Shown here piece by piece: positions 36,512-48,109 of a stretch of DNA of 64,000 nucleotides. Where the stretch lies: assembly GCF_902713615.1 (NCBI RefSeq), contig NC_052159.1:64208520-64272519 (forward strand). The letters are read 5' to 3'. The stretch comes from Scyliorhinus canicula. Lineage: Eukaryota. Made by a program: the position numbers and the translations under genes. The notes beneath the pieces were generated by a model that worked only from the letters and a program-made list of their open reading frames with translations, was not told where the DNA came from and made no database searches. The first letter of the stretch is position 1, and every line of letters begins with the position of its first letter.

Positions 36512-36783
36512 ATCAAAAACTGAAAGGAAGAGAACATCAAAGTGAGTGGTGAGGAGTCCTGACAATGCCCTGACCAGAGGCAGAATTTCAGTGAAAAACA
36601 CAGCACTGCAGCATGGGGCCGGTGGGGCGGGTGGCTTGGGTGCCATACGGAGAGGTGACTGTTGTAGGGGGAGCACCATGGGAACACCAATCAGAGCCTT
36701 GGCACCTCTAAATTTGCTGATAGGCTCATTCAAATTTCTTGAGCCAATCAATAAGCAATATAGAACAACATCAGGCTCGAGTT

Positions 36784-37813
36784 TGTGGACCCCCATTTAG
36801 AGTGGCAAAACTGTTTGCCAGACGTTGAGAGATGGTGGCGACTTAAAGCAGTTCAGACACAGATCCCCGGAATTGGTGTAAAGTTTCTGAACTTTCATTG
36901 AGTAAAGCTACAAAGCTGCAGCCAGGCTTCTGGCATTCAACCCGATGGGCAACCTAAGATAAAAGCGAGGTTGCCGACCTACCATCAGGCTGTATGTGTA
37001 CAAGACCTTCAGCGAGACGAGGAGGAAGTGTTACCTGACAGCCATCGAGGGGAGCAGCGGGGCGATTATCGACCTCCGGGCCAGGCTGAGGAGGGTGGAC
37101 AGATGGGCAGGCAACCAGCTAAAAGGAACAGAGGCCACCAACCCAGATAGCCAGCAACAGCAGCCAGGAGCACATGTGGTCATCGAGGCTGGAGGCCCGG
37201 AGACCCGAGCGAGAGTCAAGAGGTGAGCAGAGAGGCAGTCAGGAGGTGTGAAGAAGGCTGGGCAAGTGCTGACGTGGTGTCTCGGAGAATCGGGAAACAG
37301 CGGCCTGCGGGAGCAGGGTGACTCGACCAGGACCAATGGCCAGGCAGACAGTGAGAGGGCTGGGCTGGGCAGGGAAGCAAGCAGACTGGGCAGTGAGGGA
37401 GATAGACAACAGAGGCCAGGCCAGACAGTCAGCAACAGCAGCCAGGCAGCCAGCCAGGAGCATACGTGGTCATATAGGCTTGAGGCCCAGCCGCCCGAGA
37501 GCCGAGAGGTGAGCAGAGAGGCAGTCAGGAGGTGCGAGAAAAGTCAGGCATGCGGCATCATTGTGTCTCTGGGAATTAGGGAGCAGTGACCAGTGGGAGC
37601 GGGGCGACTCGTCTAGAGGCAGAGGCTTATCAGGCATGGCTGAGAGTGAGAGCGCTGGGCAGCAGCCAATATCTTCATTCTTCTTATTGTTTGTGTATGC
37701 TGAATTTACTGTCTGTTTTTGCCAAAACTTTTTGGTGTCTGTCATTTCTCTCTCATCGATTTATGGTGTCTTTTATGACACCTGGCTTGCCTTGACCACC
37801 CATTGGGATAACA
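36784..37813 (+). mobile_element. Probable solo LTR with an internal duplication; a related piece lies at about 27150-27470
   Basis: TG...CA with gtt(t) flanks; the block cagccaggagca...gaggtgagcagagaggcagtcaggaggtg occurs twice, about 290 bp apart. Confidence 0.55.
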
Positions 37814-38434
37814 GTTTTCCGAAAAATGATTGCCAGCAGCCAGTTATTCGGGTAGGATTGGGCAGTGAACTCCAGCTCATCAATTCTTTTCACAACGGCA
37901 TCATTAGGGATAATGATGGGGGTGTACCGTGATGTGGAGCCCCCGCAAAGAGGGAGAGCGCAGGCCCCCGAAAAGTGCAACTCCGCCTCTGGCCCTGACT
38001 CACAGCCCTCTCAGGGTCTGGGACATCCACCCATGTGCATCCCCTCATGTGAGCACCTTTCCACCGAGCCTCACTCTCCCCATCACAAAATAGCATCTTC
38101 CCCACAAATGTCCCTCTCAACTCCACCTGAATGAAATGCTTCCACCCTCGAGTGCCAAAGCGGGCCGTGTATCTCCCTAAAGGGTGAGGAGTTATGGCAG
38201 CTGAGTGTATTCAATAGACTTGCAGTCTAACTTCCCGGGTGCACAAGGCGCTTCCCCTTGAACAGTGTGACTGAGGGGCAACTTCACTATAACACCTTGC
38301 ATTGGGCGTCACATCTGTTATGTAGACATGAGCATGAGCCTTGAAGTTCAAATTTTACCATCTGCCTTGGTGGGATTTTAACCCTTGCCTCTGGATTGCT
38401 ATTTCACATTGCTATCTCACCACTGCCTCCAAAA

Positions 38435-39310
38435 ACAATTAAATTAAATCAAATGAACTGAGGGACAAATTGAAAGGGACACCCCTTCAAGGTGCTTTAA
38501 GTAAAAATGAATCATAAATGAAACTTAAAACATCAAATTAAAATATAATTAAGAGGGTTGATAAATTACGGCAGTCCCTGCGGTGCCCAGTAGGCACGGA
38601 AGGCTTCAATGGTGCCCGTGGACGCCGGATGCTCCCTCTCCAGGGAGATCTGGTCCTGAATCTAGCTGCGATAGGGGGAAAACAGTTGGGTTAGACAACT
38701 CCTCAGTTGCCCTCTGCCTGGAAGTGCTGATGGCGAGATTGGTCAAGGCCCAGGAGCAGGTTCATGTTGAGATCCTCCTCCCTCCCCACCCCTCAGCACA
38801 CCAGATGCCCATAGATCAGAATGTGAGGCTGAAGTACAAAACTGTAACAAAAGGTTTTTCAAAAAACTAAAAACCGGGTGCAGCCTGAAGCAACTTACAG
38901 GTGATAGAGTCTTCCAAATATTTTGTTATGTTTGAGGCTAGTCTTCCAACTATTTTGTTTGACATAAATAACCAATTAAATTAGTCAAATGAACAGAGGG
39001 ACAAATTAAAGAGACAGTCCCTCGAAGGGAAACTAATGCGACTTAAAACATTAAACCAAAATGCGATTAACGGGGACAATAAGGCACCCAGCCCCTGCGG
39101 TGCCCAATGGGCATAGAATGTCTCAAGGGTGTCAGTGGGCATTGCATGCTCCCTCTCCAGGGACACTCGGCCACAAATGTAGCCACGGAAGAGGAGCAGA
39201 CAGTTGGGCCAGCCAACCTCCTCTGTTGCCCGCTGCCTGGGCCTGTTGATGGTAAGTTTGGCCAGGCCCAGGTGCAAGCTCACAAAGTGGTGGACAATGC
39301 TTCAAAAGGG
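38435..39310 (-). mobile_element. Two tandem Tx1-clade LINE 3' ends
   Basis: ORF 38981-39283(-) LGLAKLTINR...RVSLEREHA...WAPQGL; second homologous copy at 38435-38650. Confidence 0.75.
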
Positions 39311-40581
39311 TTAACAATTAGATGGTAATCAGTGGCACACTCATGCATTGCAATTCTGACTAAATTAGCACAATTGACTTGTCAAGGACAGGCTACGGCA
39401 CTGATTAGGCAACTGGTTTCCTCTGTGGTAGGTGAGGGACACCTAGTGCATGTGAAGACTGCAAGTAGCATGTCAACTTCATCCTTAAGAGGCACCCTCG
39501 TTCCCCCACCACGCATGAGCTATGGATTAAACAAGCCTTCCAACTTGTACAGCCAGCCACCCAGACAGTAATCCTTGACAGCCTGACCTCCATAACCACT
39601 AGCCTTGAACTTCCATACAGTTCATGCCATCTGGCTTCACTGTGATGTCTGAATGTGAGAGGCCATTCACACTGCAGTTTTCCTCCTTGTGTGAGGGTCT
39701 TCAGGCATCATGATGCTGGAAACCATCCCTTGTCAGAATACCCCACTTTGCCCATTCAGCTTGGCCTCTCATGAGACCCCACCAAAGAACCTCACAGACG
39801 CCCCAGCTACCACTTTGGAAGGCCACTCCCACAGCAGTTATATCACCACAAGCCCAGCAAGGAGGACACCGGAAGTGCTGCCTGCAAACCTGCCGCCAGA
39901 CCCCTTTAAACCGAGAGGCTCACAGACATGAAGGGCCGCTAAGGCCTGTGAGTTATGCCACCCCCTGAGATTCCGACTCCGACACCAAACACCCGCCCCC
40001 CCCGGACTCTAAGTTACAATTATCTGGGTTCCCCTCATCATCTCCGCTGCTCCCTTTGTACCTGGCAGCCTGGATGTTAATGGCGATCTGAGCGCTCACC
40101 TCCGATATCCATTTTGGAGGTGAGATTGGCAGGTTCTCGTTTTCGTACAGCTGTTGCAAATCACGCTGGCATGCCATCACTCCGGCGACCGATGAATATT
40201 CAGTGGCAGGGGGGTATGTCTCGACGGATGGACTCGCTGATTATATTAGAATGTATTAAAATGATGTTTCTAGTCTTCTGTTTCTAGTCCCATTAAGCCA
40301 TCGGCCAAGGGGCTTTGAAATCAGAAAAAAAAATCTTGCTGGTGAGAATCGCATTTTCCAATTCTCGTCGAATTTCCCGCCTGTGTTGCCGGTTCTCACT
40401 GACGGCGAACGCTGGCTCAAAATCACCCCCCCCCCCCCCCCCCCCCCATGCATTGGTTGAGAGGTTTTCCTTATTTATATTTATCTTTATGCTCTCTGGT
40501 GCAAGAATCAAGATTTTGATTAAAGATGTTAAGGCAATAAATGAATTATATTTCCTGATGGTACACATGGTTTCATTTCAG

Positions 40582-40713
40582 GTGCTGAGATTTATTCCTG
40601 AACCTGGTCAGTCACGCAGGAGGAGCAGAAACAAGAACATGGCCCTTGTGGACATCCAATTGGAGCATCATGAACGCTGTGACTGCATTTGCAGTTCCAA
40701 GCCACCGCGATAA
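40582..40713 (+). CDS. PDGFD: PDGF-D last coding exon
   Basis: tttcag acceptor ending at 40581, then VLRFIPEPGQSRRRSRNKNMALVDIQLEHHERCDCICSSKPPR-TAA. Joins in phase 0 to the exon ending at 6516 (KYHE|VL) and matches the PDGF-D C-terminus MALVDIQLxHHERCDCICSSxPPR. Confidence 0.97.
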   Translation: MLRFIPEPGQSRRRSRNKNMALVDIQLEHHERCDCICSSKPPR

Positions 40714-42830
40714 ATTAAGAATTGGAATACTGATGGAGGCTGTTAAGGACCTTATTTTTTAACAGGATTGCATTGTGTGTACAGATGATTGCTGACACCA
40801 GAATTAATGTTTTTCAACATTACAGAAAGTAATTAACTGCTGTGCTTGAATATATTCTTTAACTAGCATTGTGGCAGCCAGACTTTCATAATAATGCCTT
40901 GCTTATTGTAGTCAGAATATTATAAAACTTGAGTTTTATTAATTTGACTAGCTTTAATGCAGAGACAATCTTCCATTTTTTTCCTAATGCTCAGAATATC
41001 ATCTCAATCAGTTTACTGGATTTAAGTATGAGAACATATCAATTGTAAAGCATTGTTTAATGACCAGAGTATTTGTTGAATGTTGAAGAAGGAAGTTAAT
41101 TCACAGATGGGGCTTTCCTATTAGAAGCTCCTTGAAAGTTTCACATTGTAACAACTATTTCAGATTAAAAATGAACCTGCTTTATGCAAAGCGCTTTTAT
41201 GAGACTATTTGGGGTTAAATTGTTTCTCAGGCAATGTTTGTTAATGCTTTGATTTCTTTCAACTACTTGTATCACTGAACATGTAAATGATATTTAAATT
41301 CTTTTCTTCCAGCCCATTTCTTCCAGCAAGTCTACTGAAATATAATGCAAGTTAAATATTGTTGGTCAAGGAATTTCTTTCTGTCTGTTACAGTTTTTGT
41401 TTTATTTTTTAAGACATAACATGATTGATGATTACCCTCCACAATCTTCCTCTTAAAAGGCAGAACCTTTTTTAAAAAACACGTATGATTGAACTCGTAC
41501 TGGCAATATACTTTTGGTTCGATCAAGCCTGATCATAAAGCTTACTTTGACCTGATATTCCAGATCTTTTAAATATGAAAAACATCCTTCTGTAGGAAAC
41601 GTGAATGTCTCCTTGCTGAATGAAATAGACTCGAATGGGGTTAATAACTGCATGAAACAATGGTTGATGCAAAGTGTTTTAAATTGAAGTCATTCAGCTT
41701 CATTCTGTTCTAGGTGAATATACTTGGTCCAAATGCTCTTATTTATAATCACACCAGTCTTCAAATAATCAACATTCAAATCAATCTGATTGTCCATTAA
41801 AGGCACTAACCCTTTTATACCTAACATGTTCAATTCAAACCTTAATCTGAACATAAGAACAATTATTTCAGCTACTTTCTAAGAATATGGCCCAGTACGT
41901 ACATTCATTATAATGGATGTAGTGTACAATAGAGAGCAATTACACCGCGTTCTGCTCACATCAAAAGTCACTTGCCCATTGTCAGTGCCGATGACCTGTG
42001 AATCATACTTTCTGCAGAAGCTAAGCAATGAGAAAAAAAGGATACTGCATTCTGGCAATAACTATTAAAATCTTATTTGAAAATCCTGGAAGATTCAAAG
42101 ATTTCCAATATGGAAAAACTTTAAAACCAATTGAATATTTACTGTTCCATTTAGAGTCACGCAAAGCAATTTCATAATCTTTTAGGATTAATGGTGAAGA
42201 ATTTTGAACAATGTAAATACAAATCACTTAATGAATGGAATGGATTTCACATGAGTAGGTTCATGTGCCATCTTTTAATAGTGCTGCCTGCTTAAGATCA
42301 TGAACCTGTAAAGCTCTCTGCACCTTATAAATTAATGCAATATTATCGTTCAAATACATATCCCAAAGTACCTTTTTTGAGAATTTTCAGAATCAACCAT
42401 CACATTTACAAATTACCAAATAAGCAACGGAAAGTGATTTTCTTAAGAAAGCATTCATTTTATCTTAAGAATAGGCATTTTTTAGTTTCCTATATGTTGT
42501 ACAATAATACGCTGGGCTACATTATTAGTGCACTACCAGTACTGCAAGGCTGAACAGCCTTTAGAACAATTCTGCAGGGTCCTGGGATACTGATTTTGTT
42601 CTTGTGTAATAAGAACACAATTATCTAAAGTGCAATTCCTGCATTTTAGCACAACTTATTTTTAAATATATATTTGGCATTTCAAAAAAGCTTCTTTTGT
42701 TTTTGTACGTATTATGATTAGAATTATGCTCTGTTCTTTGATTTGATGGAATGTAAAGATTGCTTGAGAAAGGGAATTGTAGAGGATTATTTTTTGTTAC
42801 AAAATAAACTAAAATTTTCAACTTTACTTG
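40714..42830 (+). other. PDGFD: Probable PDGFD 3' UTR (AT-rich, no recognisable TE) with poly(A) signal AATAAA at 42803-42808
   Basis: About 2.1 kb without recognisable repeats directly after the stop codon; repeats resume just after the AATAAA. The end point is inferred. Confidence 0.6.
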
Positions 42831-43454
42831 CTATGCCATTTCCTGGACAATTCTCAAGTGTCCATTATTAGCAGAGGACTTGTCGGATGCTGGAATCAGG
42901 TTGAAGAAAAAGTTTGCAAATATCATCAGCAGGATTCTCAGTTTGGGAGACATTGGGGATGCGAATCTCCGGCCCGCCAGCTGCGTTTTACTGCGCGCCG
43001 CCACCCCCGCCATCAGCAGGATTCTCCGTTCCCACAGCCGGCCTATGGGATTTCCCATTGTGTCCACCGCATGCCATCGAGAAACCCGTGGGCGTGGGTA
43101 AGCTGCCGGCAAAACGGAGGATCCCGCCGACAGAGAATTCCGCATTTGTTCTCCAGCCAGAGGTGAATTGCAACCAGTTTACAACCCCCCTGTTAGTGCA
43201 AGCCGGCAAGCAATTCAGTCTTCCTTGCCATGCACGTTTATGCAGGGTGTATTCCCGAAGGAATCTCTCTGTCAAGCTGCCATTTTGAGCGGGCAGCCCG
43301 ATAGTGAGGTCCCGTGGACGGCCACCCTCTGGCACCGCAAATCCGCCTCAAATAAACACCCCGCACCACACAGCAGCCCCCTACCCCAGGTTTGCCTGGG
43401 TGCCCCCCACCCCCAAGAAGGGGGGTGACCCGGCCCACCGCTCCCCCCAGAACC

Positions 43455-44065
43455 CCTGAAATAGGGAGGGACACCACCCAGGGAGGAGAGAGACCCACCC
43501 AGGGACCCCAGTAATAAGGAGACCCCCCAAGGGACCCTGTAATAGAGGGACTCCCCACAGGAACCCCTGTAATAGGGAGACCCCGGCATAGGGAGACCCC
43601 CCACATGGACCCCTGTAATAGGGAGACCGCTGTAAAAGGGAGAGCCCCGCCAGGGTCCCCAGTAATAGGGAGACCCCCAGGGACCCCTGTAATAGGGAGA
43701 CCCCTGGAATAGGGAGACACCCCACATGGACCCCTGTAATAGGGAGACCACTGTAAAAGGGAGAGCCCCGACGGGGTCCCCAGTAATAGGGATACCCCCA
43801 GGGACCCCTGTAATAGGGAGACCACTGTAAAAGGGAGAGCCCCGACGGGGTCCCCAGTAATAGGGATACCCCCAGGGACCCCTGTAATAGGGAGACTCAT
43901 GTAATAGGGAGAGCCCCCTCAGGGACCCATGTATTAGGGAGACCCAGAGGACCCCTGGAATAGGGAGACCCCCCACATGGACCCCTGTAATAGGGGACAT
44001 CCCAGAGACCTCCTCAGCAAAGGGACCCCGACAGTGTTCCCCTATCTAAAGGGACCCCCCAGGTC
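43455..44065. repeat. GC-rich minisatellite (core cccctgtaatagggaga) with an approximately 72-bp higher-order unit
   Basis: More than a dozen degenerate core copies; near-identical longer units at about 43728 and 43801. Confidence 0.92.
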
Positions 44066-44464
44066 CGCCCAAAAGACTTAGAGAGCCATTCAGACAGGGG
44101 ATGTGAGACGAATTACCACTGTAACACTTACCTTGAAGCTCCATGTGTCAATTCCTCGAAGGGGAAAAGCTCTGACCTGCATCTGGTTCCTACAGAGCCA
44201 TCAGCTGCAAGGCATTCATAGCTTTCTAGTAGTGGCCTGTGATGAACAACTTCTACAAACTATCTGCAGCTTTAATTCATTCATCTCCCTTCCTAGTTCA
44301 GTGGCCTAAGTGGTGAAACTCCAATGTTTACAAACATGGACCACATCAAAGAGAGATAAGTGCATTTCAAGCACTAAGAGAATTCCAATCACTCAAGCGT
44401 GTGATTGCATTGTGTGGGTGTCCCACTATTACAGTGGTCCCTGGGGCAGATGGAGTTGTGGGGG

Positions 44465-44920
44465 AATCACAGAATCCCTACAGTGCAGAAGTGGACCATT
44501 TGGCCCATCAAATCTGCAACTGACCCTCTGAAAGTGTCACTCCCCCACGCCATCCCCGTGACCCCACCTAACCTCCATATCTTTGGACACTAAGGGGAAA
44601 TTTTGGCATGGTCAATCAATCTAACCTGTACAGTGGGTAGCACTGTTGCTTCACAGCGCCAGGGTCCCAGGTTCGATTCCCGGCTTGGGTCATTGTCTGT
44701 GCGGAGTCTGTATGTTCTCCCTGTATCTGCATGAGTTTCCTCCGGGTGCTCCAGTTTCCTCCCACAAATCCCGAAAGACGTGCTGTTAGGTGAATTGGAC
44801 ATTCTGAATTCTCCCTCTTTGTACCCGAACAGTGGCGACTGGGGGCTTTTCACAGTAACTTCATTGCACTGTTAATGTAAGCCTACTTGTGACAATAAAG
44901 ATAATAATAATAAAGATTAT
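44465..44920. mobile_element. Head-to-head V-SINE pair: truncated minus copy (CR1 tail) and plus copy (third tail type)
   Basis: 44465-44626 reverse tail; 44630-44920 head, V domain and gcttttcacagtaac tail. Confidence 0.8.
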
Positions 44921-45122
44921 TTTTATCCTTTTCAAGTCTGTATGCATGCCTTTTAAAAGCCTTTCCATCGACAGATGCAGGCAGTTTCAAAGGAAGGATT
45001 ACTGTTGTTTATTATAAAGCTACACAGAGGTCCATTAACTCTGAGGAGCAGCTGTTTTTCAAACTGCAGTTTTTTTTAAAGAGCCTGTCTCTTTGTTCTG
45101 GAGAGCTTCTTAGAAAGACTAG

Positions 45123-48028
45123 GAGCCAGATTCTCTGTTTCAGAGACTAAATGTTGACGCTAGGACTGAATTGGACCATGGAAGTGACATCGGCCACGGA
45201 GCAATGCAGGATCCGTTAATGGGAATGGGCTTGCACCAGTGCCACGTAGAGCAATTCCAATGAAAAACAGCATCCGAGGGCGGCACAGCGGCACAGTGGT
45301 TAGCATTGCTGCCTTAAGGCGCCGTGGATGCGGATTCGATCCCGGCTCACAGTATGGAGTTCGCACATTCTCCCCATGCCTGCATGTGTCTCACCCCCAC
45401 AGCCCAAAGCAAATGTTCAGGGTAGGTAGATTGGCCAGGCTAAATTGTCCTTTAATTGGAAAAAAAGAATTGAGTACTCTAAATTAAAAGAAAACAGTGT
45501 CTGATTCGGCGGGGTCGGGATTGACACTCAAGTGGCTGACAAGCTGCAGCCACATATAAGCACTGCACTCCCCTCACACACTCATCCCAGCCAACAAGAT
45601 GGTAACCTGAAGACCGGCACCCCATTTTGCAAATGACCTGGGGTGGAAAGGCTGTTCCTTGGGATGTAAAGGAGGCTGCCATCCGCCGTCTGGGCGCAGG
45701 TGGCAGAGGCTGTGAGCACCGTGGGTCCCATCCCTTGGCGCCAGCATTGCTGGAAAATGCTGCATGATCTCCTCAGGGCGGCCAGGTGAGTAGCCAGCAC
45801 CATGTTTCTGGCACCACCCTCCATTCCAGGCACCCGCAATGCCCACCCCCCCCCCCCCCCCCCCCCCCCCCCGACACCTGGAGGGTGACCAAACCCCACA
45901 CACCGGCAGTCTGCTTGCACTCCACCTTGCACCACATGGCAGCATCCATATTGCCCACCGAGTGCCCTGTTCACAAAGGCCGCCAACCATCCACCACTGT
46001 GCTGCCCACACCCAACTTCCATACACTGTGCATTTTCTGTCTCTCTCCACGCCAATACCCCCCAGCGCCCACAACTGCAGGCAGTGAGAGAAGACTGCGG
46101 CTCCTCACCATCGCAGAGCGGCAGACACTGAGCCTGGTAAGTGGGTCTGGAGTGAGCAGCCGCTAAGGCGAAGGTTGGAATTGGGGAACCAAGTGAGCCC
46201 CGCTGAATTGAGTGTCCCTATGGCATGCGTGGCACAACCCCACACCACCCCCACACTACCCTTCCACCCAGCTCCCCCCACCACCCCCACACTACTCTTC
46301 AACCTCAACTCCCAACCACCCCACCGCCCCCACACCACCCCAAATCCAGCACCCTCCACCTCCACACCAGCCCACCACCTCACCTCCCCCAGACCACCCC
46401 CACACCCCACCTCCCCACACCAACCCAACCCCACCACCTCAACTTTCCACCACCCCCACACCATCCCAAACCCAGCACCCACCACCCCCACACCACCCTC
46501 CCACTCGCACACCCTACCTCCCCACACCAACCCAACTGCAACCTTCAGATGCAGACACAGAGCCAAGGACTACACGAGGAGCTGTCACCAATCATCCAGC
46601 GCCTGAGGTACAATTAGAGGAGTCCAACCGCCTGCAGGGGCAGGAGGCGGTGGCAGCCATGTGTGCCACCCCGGCAAACACCGCATGGATGGCATTCACG
46701 GTGGAGACCTTGGGGGCAAAGGTATCGGCCCTGGGTCAGGGTGTCCAAGGCCTGAGACACCCTGTTCGGGTGGTGGCTAAGGCACAGGACAGGGCTACCT
46801 TGTCAGAGGCAGCTATGTAACAGCCACCTGGACATTGCAGCGGCGCTCCACAGCTTAGCCCAGTCACAATGGGTCATGGCTGCGGGCATCAACAGCATTG
46901 CCCGGTCACTGGCTGGCCAGCGCCAGTTACAGAGGGTCGTGACACAGTCCCAGGGGTAGGTGGCCCAGTCCCTGTGCTCCATGGTGTGAACAATGAGACC
47001 CGGTCGAGACGAGACCAGGCCTCCAGGACTGGCAGTAGCAGGTGACGGTGGAGCCACCAAACCTCACTCCAGTGCATCCCCGTCCCAAGTAGTAGCCCGG
47101 CAGCCATAGGGCACCCGAAGGAGGAGGAGATGACAGGGCCCGTGCCGGTGACCACCCGCAGGGGAGGCGGTGGGCACCACAGCACCTCAGACTCCCTCCC
47201 CTTACTGTCCCTGGGACCTCCGATGGGCAGCAGGCAGAACAGGGTCGCATCACGCCACCTCGGACACCTGAGAAACTGCCAGACCTGTCCATGCCCGTTC
47301 ACTCCAGGGAACGACTGCCAAAGGGACCCAGGTCACAGGGTGGGATTCGCGGCAGGTTGCCTCCACACAAAGTACCGCCTGAGGATCCACCTAGATGTAG
47401 CTTTCGGGCCAAAAAGGCCAGAAAGTTAGACACCAGTTAAGTTGGCACGGGTACAGAATATCGACAATGGCAGTCCGTGTCTGGGCACACCAGTCCCAGG
47501 GAGAAACTGCAATCCCACGGTCCATCCCCTGGTTACCCCGCCGTTACTTCTCCTGGCCCTGGCATACGCCCGCTCCTCAGCCAGCCATGCCAGCACAGGA
47601 CAGGCAGCCCACGGTTGCGCCTCTAGGAACATAACCTACCTCCGCTCTCTCCCTCAGCAGCCATTGCACCTGTTTCCCGATTTTTAAAATCATAAGTGAA
47701 CCTCACCGTCGGCCATTCCTCCTGGCGGAGGCAGAGCATCGCCTGGGCACCGGGGAATACCTGGATGGGCCCCGTTAATAATATGCCAATGGCCGTTACT
47801 GTACAAGCATCGTAGAATGCACTCACGCCACTGTCGAGACACCGGAGCACGGCATTCCATCGGTCGCCCGGCGCCAACCTCCATTTTCGGCAGATGCCAA
47901 ATCGTGTCTCCCGATTCCACAGCCGGACTGTTGAAAGGCACAAAAAGCCCGATCCTGTGAAAAAAGTTCCTCAGTGCCATTGCACGGCACAACAGTTTCA
48001 CTCCGAGAGCTAGCGGGAATCTAACCAG
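45123..48028 (+). mobile_element. Harbinger derivative retaining a decayed Myb/SANT gene but no transposase
   Basis: RPAPHF...AVWAQVAEAVSTV...QHCWKMLHDLLRAAR followed by gtgag; LRLLTIAERQTLSLV; LEESNRLQ...VETL homologous to 33833-34000; TIR-like ends; contains a V-SINE at 45278-45490. Confidence 0.75.
46230..46540. repeat. C/A-rich low-complexity tract
   Basis: Irregular cacc/ccca repeats. Confidence 0.85.
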
Positions 48029-48109
48029 TTTTCCTGCTGACGGGAGCACTTTGCCTTCATCTGGCAGAACCGTGTCCTAACTCTCAGTCACTGTTCCACC
48101 ATGATACTC

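Larger units (their letters stand above)
32466..36780. mobile_element. Decayed autonomous-type PIF/Harbinger transposon (right end possibly as far as about 40430)
   Basis: Convergent Myb/SANT (+) and DDE transposase (-) genes; cactgaatattca near 32548 is inverted at about 40193. Confidence 0.85.
6517..40581 (+). other. PDGFD: Last intron of PDGFD (34,065 bp), heavily TE-filled
   Basis: GT...AG boundaries between two in-phase PDGFD exons. Confidence 0.92.

Noticed and set aside
6302-40713. Assignment as PDGFC or VEGF
   Set aside because: FFPRCLLV, CxCG, WRSC and CDCICSSxPPR are PDGF-D-specific.
43238-44000. 220- and 242-aa repetitive ORFs
   Set aside because: Translations of a minisatellite, open in several frames, with no splice or domain evidence.
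46105-46820. Extensin/mucin-like Pro-His-Thr-rich ORFs
   Set aside because: Low-complexity C/A tract; only the tail end is real Harbinger Myb-gene sequence.
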